Positions 27,634 through 36,343 of a stretch of DNA of 46,952 nucleotides are shown here, piece by piece. A program made the translations under genes and the position numbers. Within the stretch, counting starts at the first letter, position 1, and each line of letters starts with the position of its first letter. The stretch lies in NCBI GenBank assembly GCA_036881805.1, contig JBAJNK010000012.1:1-46952 (forward strand), given 5' to 3'. The DNA comes from Flavobacteriales bacterium (GTDB lineage: Bacteria; Bacteroidota; Bacteroidia; Flavobacteriales; JANQLC01). The notes under the pieces are model-generated. The model searched no databases. It saw only the letters and a list, made by a program, of their open reading frames with translations, and was not told the DNA's origin.

Positions 27634-28722
27634 CTACTTTAAAGGCGTCCCGGCCGCATGCAGTTTTTCAGCGTTTTCAGCCATCTTAAGGGCTTGGATT
27701 AACCCTTCTATATCGCCCTTCATAAAGGCGGGTAAGTCGTATATGGATTGGTTGATCCGATGGTCGGTCACTCGGCCTTGGGGATAGTTATACGTTCTGA
27801 TTTTCGCCGAGCGATCCCCGGTAGAAACCAGCGATCGCCGTTGCTGCGCGCGTGCGCTTTGCGCTTTTTCCAGCTCGATTTGATACAAACGAGCGCGCAG
27901 TACCTGTAAGGCTTTATCGTAGTTTTTGTGCTGCGAACGCCCATCCTGGCATTCCACCACGATGCCCGTGGGTATGTGCGTCAGGCGAATGGCCGATTCG
28001 GTTTTGTTCACATGCTGCCCACCCGCACCGGAAGAGCGAAATGTATCCTTGCGTATATCGCTCGGGTTGATGGCTACATCGATTTCTTGGGCTTCGGGCA
28101 AAACCGCTACCGTAACCGCCGAAGTGTGTATGCGTCCTTGTGACTCGGTCTCGGGCACGCGCTGCACGCGGTGTACCCCACTCTCAAACTTGAGCGTCCC
28201 GTAAATGTCGTCTCCACTCACGCGCATCACCAGCTCCTTAAAGCCGCTACCCCCACCCTCAGTGGAGTTGAGCACTTCAAACTGCCAGCCCTTTTCTGCG
28301 AAGTACAGGGTGTACATGCGAAACATATCCGCTACAAAAATGGCCGACTCATCGCCGCCGGTACCGGCTCGAATCTCTACGATGGCGTCCTTATCGTCCT
28401 CGGGATTTTTGGGAATCAAGAAGCGTTTGATTTCTGCTTCCAAATTCGGCAAGCGCGCTTCAGCCGCTTCCTTCTCCGCTTGTGCCAACGCCCGCATCTC
28501 TAAATCCGTACTGTTTTCAACGATTTGATCCGCTTCCCGAATCAAATCAACCGCAGTCCGGTAGCGCTGGTAAACCGCTACCAATTCACCCAACTCTTTG
28601 TATTCCTTACTGAGTTTGATGTACTTCTTCTGATCCGATAACACATCGGGTTGGCTGAGCGCCAAGGCCAGGGTGTCGTATCGATCTCTTATGCCTTGCA
28701 GTTTTTCAAATAAGCCCGACAT
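27634..28722 (-). CDS. prfA: peptide chain release factor 1
   Basis: 362 aa. GGQ motif (SSGAGGQHVNKTESA) and an RF1-type PxT tripeptide region (VPET). Confidence 0.95.
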   Translation of the reverse strand: MSGLFEKLQGIRDRYDTLALALSQPDVLSDQKKYIKLSKEYKELGELVAVYQRYRTAVDLIREADQIVENSTDLEMRALAQAEKEAAEARLPNLEAEIKRFLIPKNPEDDKDAIVEIRAGTGGDESAIFVADMFRMYTLYFAEKGWQFEVLNSTEGGGSGFKELVMRVSGDDIYGTLKFESGVHRVQRVPETESQGRIHTSAVTVAVLPEAQEIDVAINPSDIRKDTFRSSGAGGQHVNKTESAIRLTHIPTGIVVECQDGRSQHKNYDKALQVLRARLYQIELEKAQSARAQQRRSLVSTGDRSAKIRTYNYPQGRVTDHRINQSIYDLPAFMKGDIEGLIQALKMAENAEKLHAAGTPLK

Positions 28723-28744
28723 GTATTTTATGCCTTTGGGCTGA

Positions 28745-28752
28745 CAAAGATA
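28745..28752 (-). promoter_or_regulatory. Bacteroidota-type -7 promoter box (TATCTTTG)
   Basis: Exact TAnnTTTG on the minus strand, 22 nt upstream of the prfA ATG 28722. Confidence 0.4.
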
Positions 28753-28886
28753 CGGTTTTGTCCACCTTTAAAATCAAGAACGCCCGCAAGGGATACCGAG
28801 CACAAAAGCCACCTTCGAGCCCCATCCATTCCAATCTCCAGGCGGATCATTTTGCTACATCTCTTTTCTTTTCAATCGAATTTCGA

Positions 28887-28894
28887 TATATTTG
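28887..28894 (+). promoter_or_regulatory. Bacteroidota-type -7 promoter box (TATATTTG)
   Basis: Exact TAnnTTTG, 18 nt upstream of ATG 28913. It contains the TTG used as start by the ORF track, which argues against that start. Confidence 0.4.
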
Positions 28895-28912
28895 CGTCTC
28901 AAAATCAACCGG

Positions 28913-30100
28913 ATGAAAAAGCTAAAACTATCTCTGATACTCTCGTGTACCAGTCTAACGCTGATCCACGCACAAGACCATTTGGTACAGACTCCAAACA
29001 CGGCCGCCAAAGCGGGATTTCAATTTACCACAGTGGTGAATGTAGAAGCTACGCCGATTAAGAACCAAGCGAAGTCGGGTACCTGTTGGAGTTATTCGGG
29101 CGTTTCTTTTTTAGAATCGGAAATGGCCAAGGCCGGCAAAAAACCGATAGACTTATCGGAAATGTTTGTCGTTCGCAACGAATATATCGACAAGGCCAAA
29201 ATGTATGTGCGCATGCATGGGGCATTGGATTACGGAGAGGGGGGTGAGCTACACGATGTGATCAACCTATACCGAAAGTACGGGGCAGTACCCCAATCGG
29301 TTTACACCGGCTTGCACTACGGTACAAAGACCAATCAGTTCGACGAATTCTCAACCATACTAAAGGGCATCTTAAAAAGCGTGATCAAAGATGAAAACGG
29401 TAGCCTTTCAACGGCATGGCTCCCCGCTTTCACAAAAGTGGTGGATAGCTACCTGGGGCCATTTCCCAAAACCTTCACCTACAACGGCAAAACCTATACA
29501 CCCAAATCCTTTGCCAAAGAAGTCGTCGGCTTAGACCCCGATGATTACATCGAGTTTACCTCTTGGAAAAGCGAGCCCAAATGGAAGCCGGTCTTACTGG
29601 CTGTACCGGACAATTGGTCGTACGACAAGGCGTGGAACATTCCTTTCGAAGACATGACTCAAATCGTCGACCGAGCCTTGCGCAAGGGCTATACCGTCGC
29701 TTGGGCAACAGATGTCTCAGAACCGGGTTTTTCCAGAAAGGGCATTGCTTACATACCGAACGAGCCGGTGATCACCCTATCGAAGCCAGAGCGAGTCGCA
29801 CTGTTTAACGGGCCGAAGGAAGAAGCAGAGATAACAGCAGCCATGCGTCAACAGGCTTTTGACAACTACGAGACGACCGATGACCACGGCATGCAAATCA
29901 TCGGCCTAGCCAAAGATCAAAACGGCAAGGCGTATTATATGGTAAAAAATTCTTGGGGCGCCCAAAGGGGTCGCCAAGGGTACTGGTACGTGACCCAGAA
30001 TTACTTCAGGTATAAAACCACCGCCTTTTTGTTGAACAAAAAGGCCTTGCCCAAGGATATGCGCAAGCGAATCGAGAATTACAAGCCTTACGGCGTCTAG
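28913..30100 (+). CDS. pepC: C1 family peptidase (aminopeptidase C / bleomycin hydrolase-like), secreted
   Basis: Start at MKKLKLSLILSCTSLTLIHAQ (signal peptide). Catalytic Cys context QAKSGTCWSYSG. Length is typical of PepC. Confidence 0.85.
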   Translation: MKKLKLSLILSCTSLTLIHAQDHLVQTPNTAAKAGFQFTTVVNVEATPIKNQAKSGTCWSYSGVSFLESEMAKAGKKPIDLSEMFVVRNEYIDKAKMYVRMHGALDYGEGGELHDVINLYRKYGAVPQSVYTGLHYGTKTNQFDEFSTILKGILKSVIKDENGSLSTAWLPAFTKVVDSYLGPFPKTFTYNGKTYTPKSFAKEVVGLDPDDYIEFTSWKSEPKWKPVLLAVPDNWSYDKAWNIPFEDMTQIVDRALRKGYTVAWATDVSEPGFSRKGIAYIPNEPVITLSKPERVALFNGPKEEAEITAAMRQQAFDNYETTDDHGMQIIGLAKDQNGKAYYMVKNSWGAQRGRQGYWYVTQNYFRYKTTAFLLNKKALPKDMRKRIENYKPYGV

Positions 30101-30199
30101 CAAAAGTCCAAATTAAATACATGTCTATAGGTTTATAGATAGGGGTGGTGCCTTCGACTTGGCAGGCGAGCATTTCTCAATTTTGTGTCCACCCCATTC

Positions 30200-31080
30200 C
30201 TTTGGTCTCTGTGCTGGTGCATTCCCGTTTAACAGCCTGAAAGAACCTTATTTTTTAGTGTTTATCCGCTATGTCGGTTTGAAAACTGGCGGGGTGATTT
30301 TTTCCACCTATCCATGCGTAACGGTTTGAAAAGCGGGATTTTTGTTTCTGATCGGCGGTTTAAAAGGCTGCTTATCCTCCGTTTTTTGAAGGTTTAAAAA
30401 AGTGGTTTTATCCCCTCGTTCTTATCCGTGCTTGGCAGTTCGAAAAGGGGTTTGTTTCTTTGGTGTTTGTGCTGTGCGAGACGGTCTGCAATTCAATCTT
30501 TTTTTGGCGTTTGTTCCTCGCATGGTTATAGTAGCTCGATAAAAGTCCAGCCTTGTTTTTTTGATTTTATCTCTATGAGGACAGTCTGAGAAAGTAGCAT
30601 TATCTTTTTGCTTTTGACCTTATTATGGCAATTTGGAAGGGGGGTTATTTCTCCAACCCCGTTTGGCAGTTTAAAAAGCGGGATTTATTTTTTCGTTTTT
30701 TTCCATGCGTGGTGATTTAAAAGGGGAGACTTGTTCTTTGTCCGGTATGAGTAGTTTGAAAAGTGATTCTTTTTCGCTCTTTTTCCCTTTGGGGTGATTT
30801 GAAAACTCGAACTTATTTTTTCGTCTTTTTATCTCGTAGTTTATGCCGGTGAATCAACTAAAAAGAGGGATGTTTTTTTGTGTTTGTATGCACGTGGCAT
30901 TTTGAAAAGCGGGGGTATTTTCGGCTGGCGGTCTGGGGCGCGGCAATTTTTTGTTTTTCTCTTTTTGGGCGGATGTGAAAAGTGGGTCCTATCTCTTGTG
31001 TTTGTATGCACGTGGCAGTTTGAAAAGAATGGTCTTGTTTTTTTATCTCCATGGCGATGTGCTGAAGAAGTGTTCTAATC
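30200..31080 (+). repeat. tandem array (~20 units) of the degenerate ~45-bp GTTTGAAAAGCGGG/T-run repeat family
   Basis: (G/T)AAAAG-type cores at 30239, 30281, 30328, 30361, 30395, 30442, 30538, 30588, 30635, 30672, 30718, 30758, 30801, 30859, 30904, 30977, 31022 and 31064. Spacing is 32-58 bp. Confidence 0.85.
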
Positions 31081-31119
31081 GCTGCTGGTTTTGTCCTTAT
31101 GGGAGCTGTAGCCGCAGGG

Positions 31120-32304
31120 CTATTTACGCACATAAGATGTGACGTCTGCAGCCGATATTTCATCCCCACCCAAAATCAGCAAGCGTTCTACGACATTGCG
31201 CAACTCGCGAATGTTGCCCGTCCACGGGTATGCTTCTAAAAGCTGTAGAGCTTTCGGGGAAAAGCGCTTCTTTTTGGTTCCCTGTCGTTCGGTGATTTCG
31301 CGCAGAAAGTGCTCGGCCAAGAGGGGTATGTCTTCTCTGCGATCCTTAAGGGGGGGTACTTCAATCGGTATTACGGCCAAGCGGTGGTACAAATCTGCCC
31401 GGAAGCAGCCCTTTTGAATTTCTGCTCTGAGGTCTTTATTGGTAGCTGCGAGCACGCGCACATCCACCTGTATGGGCTTGTCTCCGCCTACACGGGTGAT
31501 GTTACCCGCTTGCAAGGCGCGCAAAACTTTGGCTTGTGCAGCCAGACTCATATCGCCTACCTCATCTAAGAACAAGCTGCCTTTATCCGCTTTTTCAAAC
31601 CGGCCTTTCTTTTGTTTAAACGCGCCGGTAAAGCTCCCCCTTTCGTGGCCAAATAGTTCACTTTCGATCAACTCGGAAGGGATGGCCGCACAATTGACCG
31701 CTACCAAAGGGGCTTGGTTCCGTCGGCTCTTTTGGTGAATCCAATGCGCGACGAGTTCTTTGCCAGTTCCGTTTTCTCCGGTGATCAAGATGCGCGCATC
31801 GGTATTGGCTACCCTTTCAATAAGCGATTTGATCGTCACCATCGCCTTGGATTCACCCACCATTTCATAGCTTTCGGATACCTTTTTGCGAAGTCTTTTG
31901 TTTTCCCGATGCAAGGTTTGGTTGGAATCCAACAGATTTTTTCGGTCGACAGCATGGCGTACCGAGGTGAGCAAGCGATTTAAGTCCGGGGGCTTGGCGA
32001 TAAAGTCAAATGCCCCTTTTTTCAAGGATTGTACAGCGGTTTCTATATCGCCATGTCCCGAAATCATAATAAAGGTGCTATCGGGTTTAAGGGCAATCGC
32101 TCGTTCCAACACCTCCATGCCATCTATCTTCGGTATTTTAATATCGCAGAGGACGACGTCAAAATCGGTTTCCCTTATCTTTTCAATGCCCGCAACACCA
32201 TCGGAAGCCTCCGAAACAGCGTAAGAATCATCTTCATCTACCAATATGTTTCGCAAGACATTTCGGATGTTCTGTTCGTCTTCAATGATGAGAATTTTTG
32301 CCAC
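31120..32304 (-). CDS. sigma-54-dependent response regulator (REC + AAA+ domains, no C-terminal HTH)
   Basis: 394 aa. REC domain (DVVLCDIKIPKIDG), Walker A GENGTGKEL, GAFTGA variant GSFTGA, Walker B LFLDEV. The protein ends about 20 aa after the AAA+ domain. Confidence 0.9.
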   Translation of the reverse strand: MAKILIIEDEQNIRNVLRNILVDEDDSYAVSEASDGVAGIEKIRETDFDVVLCDIKIPKIDGMEVLERAIALKPDSTFIMISGHGDIETAVQSLKKGAFDFIAKPPDLNRLLTSVRHAVDRKNLLDSNQTLHRENKRLRKKVSESYEMVGESKAMVTIKSLIERVANTDARILITGENGTGKELVAHWIHQKSRRNQAPLVAVNCAAIPSELIESELFGHERGSFTGAFKQKKGRFEKADKGSLFLDEVGDMSLAAQAKVLRALQAGNITRVGGDKPIQVDVRVLAATNKDLRAEIQKGCFRADLYHRLAVIPIEVPPLKDRREDIPLLAEHFLREITERQGTKKKRFSPKALQLLEAYPWTGNIRELRNVVERLLILGGDEISAADVTSYVRK

Positions 32305-32307
32305 GGC

Positions 32308-33564
32308 TCAATATTTCAACCACTTGTACAACTCCTTCCAATTCGGTTTTTTACCGTACATCAAAATGCCGACCTTGTAAATACGCGCGGCGATCCACAC
32401 CATAAAGAAAAAGAAACCGACCAACAGCAGCATCGACAAAGCCAATTGCCAAAGGGGCACGCCAAAGGGAATACGCGCCATCATCGCTATGGGTGAGGTC
32501 AGTGGAATCACAGACAGCCAAAATCCCACCGCACCGTCTGGATTTTGTGCGATGGAAAAGCTGCCGTACATGGCAATCGCTATCGGAATGGAAACCACCA
32601 ATAAGAACTGTTGGGTATCCGTCTGATTATCGACCGCAGACCCGATGGCGGCAAATATCGAATTATAGGTTAAGACACCAAAGGCGAAGTAAAAGATAAA
32701 AGCAAAGAGCAAAAGGGGTATATTCATCTCGGCGAGTCCGGCTATCGGGTAGGCCTGCGACAAGCCGGTGGAAAAAACAGCTCCAAAGAGGAGGAAGGCG
32801 CCGCCGATGAGCAAAATCCAAATGGCAAACTGGGTGAGCCCGACCAGGACTGAAGCAAATATTTTACCCAACATCAACTGCACGGGCTTCACAGCAGAGA
32901 TGACGACTTCTACGACGCGGTTTAGCTTTTCTTCCAACACGCTGCGCATGACGCGTACACCGTACACGAACACGAAAAAATACATCAAAAAAATAAAGGC
33001 GTACGAAATGGGAGCAGCCAGCGCCGAAATGCGCCGGGTATCTTGGTTTTTAAAGTTTTTCAACCTGATTTTCACCTGGGTTTTGGCGGCTTTAATCCGG
33101 CGCTGAGGCACGCCCAATCGCTGCAATTTGTAGTTTGTAAAAAAGTTATCAAAGGTGTTTTCCAGCTGATCGGTTACCCATGTACTCACGGGTTTCACCG
33201 AAAACAGTTCGATATGCGCTTGTGTATAATCGGCATCGAACGCACCCTTAGAAGGGATGTAGAGCAATCCCATGTATCGATCACCAGTTCGAATCCGGTC
33301 CTTAGCAACTGCCAAGCCATCGGTGGGCACAAAGACCACATGGTGGAAACCCGCTCGCTGGATTGCCTCTTGAAACATCCCGCTCTCATCGTAAACCGCC
33401 AGCGGCTTGGAGTCCGCTATATTGTATTGAAACATAAAATAGATAAGAGTCGCCATGCCGAGCAAGAGCAAAGGCATGACCAGGGTCATGATTAGAAAAG
33501 TCCGCTTGCGCACACGGGCCAAATAGTCTCTCCGCAAAACCAATCCTATTTTATTCATGGGCAT
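32308..33564 (-). CDS. ABC-2 type transporter permease (NatB-like)
   Basis: 418 aa. One N-terminal TM helix, a large extracytoplasmic loop and a C-terminal bundle of about 5 TM helices. Overlaps the ATPase gene by 14 nt. Its stop is 3 nt from the response regulator start. Confidence 0.8.
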   Translation of the reverse strand: MPMNKIGLVLRRDYLARVRKRTFLIMTLVMPLLLLGMATLIYFMFQYNIADSKPLAVYDESGMFQEAIQRAGFHHVVFVPTDGLAVAKDRIRTGDRYMGLLYIPSKGAFDADYTQAHIELFSVKPVSTWVTDQLENTFDNFFTNYKLQRLGVPQRRIKAAKTQVKIRLKNFKNQDTRRISALAAPISYAFIFLMYFFVFVYGVRVMRSVLEEKLNRVVEVVISAVKPVQLMLGKIFASVLVGLTQFAIWILLIGGAFLLFGAVFSTGLSQAYPIAGLAEMNIPLLLFAFIFYFAFGVLTYNSIFAAIGSAVDNQTDTQQFLLVVSIPIAIAMYGSFSIAQNPDGAVGFWLSVIPLTSPIAMMARIPFGVPLWQLALSMLLLVGFFFFMVWIAARIYKVGILMYGKKPNWKELYKWLKY

Positions 33565-34483
33565 TTTGCTTTACGGCTTCGATAAAAATTTCATTCATCG
33601 TCGGCATCGACTCTTCAAAAGCACGCACGGTTCCGATTGACATCAGAACATGTAGCAATTCGTTTGGGCTTTGTTCGGGTTTTAACTCAACCCATATGCG
33701 CTTGGCTCCGCTGTATTTTGGCGGGTTGTTTTTTTCGCGCCAGTCAAAGTGGGCCAAGGTGTGCCATGTCTTTCCTTCAAAGGGTACCAGATGTACATCG
33801 TAAACGTGCTTTTTAAACCGATTTTTGACCGCTTGCACGGAGCCGTCCAGAATTTTTCTCGACCGGCTGATCAGCGCGACGTGATCGCAGAGCGCTTCCA
33901 CCGACTCCATACGGTGCGTGGAAAAGATCACCGTCGCACCCCGGTCGCGAAGCCCCAAAATCTCATCCTTGATCCGGTCGGCGTTGATCGGGTCAAAACC
34001 ACTGAAAGGTTCATCGAAAATCAACAGGTCCGGATTGTGTAAGACGGTGATGACAAACTGTACTTTTTGCGCCATTCCCTTGGACAATTCCTGCACCTTT
34101 TTATGTCGCCAATCCTGAATTCCAAGCCGTTGAAACCAATGGGTAACCCGAGCGCTCGCCGCTGCCGTGTCCAAGCCCTTCAGCCGAGCGAAAAAAAGGG
34201 CTTGCTCGCCCACCTTCATATCGCGATATAAACCGCGCGCCTCGGGTAAATAGCCTATATTTTGAACGTGATGGGGTTTTAGCCTTTCACCGTTTATTCG
34301 CACTGAACCGGAGTCCGGTGCGCTAATCTGGTTTACGATGCGAATCAGAGAGGTCTTACCCGCACCGTTGGGGCCGAGCAAACCGAATATCTGTGCTTTT
34401 TCAACCGCCAGGCTCACATCGTGTAAGGCGGTGTGATTGCCGTAGTGCTTGCTCACGTGTTCTATACTCAGGAAGTGTCCCAT
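33551..34483 (-). CDS. ABC transporter ATP-binding protein (NatA-like)
   Basis: 310 aa. Walker A GPNGAGKTS, signature LSKGMAQKVQF, Walker B LIFDEP. Confidence 0.9.
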   Translation of the reverse strand: MGHFLSIEHVSKHYGNHTALHDVSLAVEKAQIFGLLGPNGAGKTSLIRIVNQISAPDSGSVRINGERLKPHHVQNIGYLPEARGLYRDMKVGEQALFFARLKGLDTAAASARVTHWFQRLGIQDWRHKKVQELSKGMAQKVQFVITVLHNPDLLIFDEPFSGFDPINADRIKDEILGLRDRGATVIFSTHRMESVEALCDHVALISRSRKILDGSVQAVKNRFKKHVYDVHLVPFEGKTWHTLAHFDWREKNNPPKYSGAKRIWVELKPEQSPNELLHVLMSIGTVRAFEESMPTMNEIFIEAVKQNAHE

Positions 34484-34497
34484 TGAAAGCTCGGGCT

Positions 34498-35595
34498 TTA
34501 CTCAAACATCTCTTTTACGCGATCAAAAAATGATCGATCGGTCGGACGCGCCTTAAAATTATCATCACTGCGCATGCTTTCAAAGAATTCCCGCTGTGCT
34601 CGGGTCAGTTTCTGGGGTGTAAACACATTGACATGCACCAAAATATCGCCCTTTCCATAACCGTTTAAATCGGGAACACCCTTACCGCGCAGTCGCAGTA
34701 TTTTCCCGGATTGGGTGCCGGCCGGCAATTTAATTCTCGCTTTACCCGTCACGGTAGGAATTTCCAGTGAAGCGCCCAAAACCGCATCTGGGAAGGAAAT
34801 ATACAAATCGCAATGCAAATTGTTGCCTTCGCGTTTCAGCTGCGCATCTTCTTCCTCTTCGATTAGGACGATCAAGTCTCCCGGCGCACCGTTTCCCTTT
34901 CCGCTTACCCTGAGTTGCATGCCATCGCTCACACCGGGCGGAATTTCGATGGAGACGGTTTCCTCTTCGCGGATCATACCATTTCTATCCGCTCCTGGTG
35001 GTATCTCATCGACCACCTCGCCGGAGCCCCCACATATATGGCAGGTACTGGTCGCCTGCATTTGTCCCAGTAGGGTACGGGTTATACGGGTGACCTGGCC
35101 GCTTCCGTGGCAAACCGGGCAGGTCTTATAGGTCGTGCCAGGGGCTTGTTTGAGTCGGGATACCTTCACTTTTTTCGTCACACCTCGTACGATATCTCCC
35201 ACGCTCAATTTTAATTTAATCCGCAGATTCGTACCGCTTTGCACACGGCTCCTCCCAGTGCCAAAACCGGTGAATCCCCCTTCGTTAAAGGCATCGCCAA
35301 AAATATCGCCAAAGCGGCTGAATATATCTTCCATATTCATGCCCCCTCCGCCCCCAAAGCCTTTAGAACCGCTTAGACCGGCGTGGCCAAATCGGTCGTA
35401 TCGCTCGCGCTTTTCGTCGTTGCTCAAGACCTCGTAGGCTTCTGCTGCTTCCTTAAATCGCTCCTCTGCCTCTCGGTTACCCGGATTTTTATCGGGGTGG
35501 TACTTCAGCGCCAACTTTCGATAGGCTTTTTTTATCTCAGCTGCCGAAGCGCCTTTGCTGAGGCCTAAGATTTGGTAGTAATCTCGCTTTGCCAT
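34498..35595 (-). CDS. dnaJ: molecular chaperone DnaJ
   Basis: 365 aa. J-domain HPD motif ([10 protein letters not shown]), G/F-rich linker and zinc-finger CxxCxGxG repeats ([16 protein letters not shown]). Confidence 0.97.
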   Translation of the reverse strand: MAKRDYYQILGLSKGASAAEIKKAYRKLALKYHPDKNPGNREAEERFKEAAEAYEVLSNDEKRERYDRFGHAGLSGSKGFGGGGGMNMEDIFSRFGDIFGDAFNEGGFTGFGTGRSRVQSGTNLRIKLKLSVGDIVRGVTKKVKVSRLKQAPGTTYKTCPVCHGSGQVTRITRTLLGQMQATSTCHICGGSGEVVDEIPPGADRNGMIREEETVSIEIPPGVSDGMQLRVSGKGNGAPGDLIVLIEEEEDAQLKREGNNLHCDLYISFPDAVLGASLEIPTVTGKARIKLPAGTQSGKILRLRGKGVPDLNGYGKGDILVHVNVFTPQKLTRAQREFFESMRSDDNFKARPTDRSFFDRVKEMFE

Positions 35596-35603
35596 CGCCT
35601 TTA

Positions 35604-36167
35604 TTATCTTCCTACAACCACCTTAGCGAAACGAATCACCTTGTCGTTCAAGAGGTAGCCCGTCTGAACTACCTCGATGACTTTTCCCTTTAATTTTTTA
35701 TCGGAAGCCGGAACCTGTGTGATGGCCTCGTGGAAATCCGTATCAAAGCGATCACCGATCCCGACAATCATCGGCTCTAATCCTTTGGTTTGTAAGACTT
35801 CTTTTAACTTGTTGTAGATGAGTTCCACACCTTTTAATAGTTTGTCGTCGCCCGACCGTGCAATTTCTTTGTTCGCGCGTTGAAAGTCATCTAATATGGG
35901 TAGCAGCGCTGCGATGACCTCTTGTCCCACAGACTTGTATAAGTCACTGCGCTCTTTACGGATGCGTTTTTTATAATTTTCAAATTCTGCAAAAAGACGT
36001 AAGAATTTATCCTGCTCTTCGCGAACTTGGGCCTCCAATCGCGCTAATTTTTCGAGGTTTTCATCCAGCTTTTCTTCCCAAACCCCTTCTTCGCAATTCG
36101 AAGCTGCTGTTTCTCGATCGGGATTGTGCTGAATCTCTTCACGCTGTGTGCGCTTATCTCCTGCCAT
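35604..36167 (-). CDS. grpE: nucleotide exchange factor GrpE
   Basis: 187 aa. Coiled-coil N-terminus, FENYKKR motif, beta-domain C-terminus. Lies 8 nt upstream of dnaJ. Confidence 0.93.
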   Translation of the reverse strand: MAGDKRTQREEIQHNPDRETAASNCEEGVWEEKLDENLEKLARLEAQVREEQDKFLRLFAEFENYKKRIRKERSDLYKSVGQEVIAALLPILDDFQRANKEIARSGDDKLLKGVELIYNKLKEVLQTKGLEPMIVGIGDRFDTDFHEAITQVPASDKKLKGKVIEVVQTGYLLNDKVIRFAKVVVGR

Positions 36168-36343
36168 TTTCGCTTGTATTTTTTATCGGGTTACACCATT
36201 GCAAAAGCTTTGCCAGGACATAAAACGGCCAGATTGTCATTTGTCGTCGATTCCTGTGTTGGCAGTTTTAAGGAGTCCGCAGCTGTTCGATAAGGGTTTC
36301 CGAATCTCAGATGCGACCCATTCCTTTTTTTCACGATGCCACT

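Noticed and set aside
27634-28722. Programmed frameshift in the release factor gene
   Set aside because: The gene is RF1 (a single uninterrupted 362-aa frame with GGQ). The +1 frameshift is a feature of prfB, not prfA.
30255-30430. DnaA-box-like TTATCC strings in the arrays (TTATCCGCT, TTATCCTCC, TTATCCCCT, TTATCCGTG; also 43620 and 44191) as a replication origin
   Set aside because: None matches TTATCCACA in the 3' half. There is no adjacent AT-rich unwinding element distinct from the repeat. The same pattern occurs at four loci, which is incompatible with a single oriC.
30894-30912. Sigma-54 -24/-12 promoter hidden in the repeat core (TGGCA-N-…-AAGC), tempting because a sigma-54 activator is adjacent
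   Set aside because: GG and GC are separated by 11 nt rather than 10. The -12 element reads AAAGC instead of TTGC(A/T). Most units lack the TGGCA part.
30200-31080. CRISPR array interpretation of the repeat arrays (also 3347-3735, 7340-7700, 43600-44398)
   Set aside because: The repeats are degenerate rather than near-identical. The unit period of about 45 bp leaves no unique spacers, because the inter-core sequence is itself repeated. No leader or cas genes lie nearby, and four separate loci occur within 47 kb.
30858-31169. ORFs lying inside the arrays (30858-31169, 30878-31078, 30951-31142, 43575-43766, 43703-43918, 44101-44301, 44244-44567) as small protein genes
   Set aside because: They are products of the skewed, repetitive composition, with F/L/C/G/W-rich translations that repeat with the DNA unit. 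They have no start context or promoter box, and some overlap the 3' ends of real genes.
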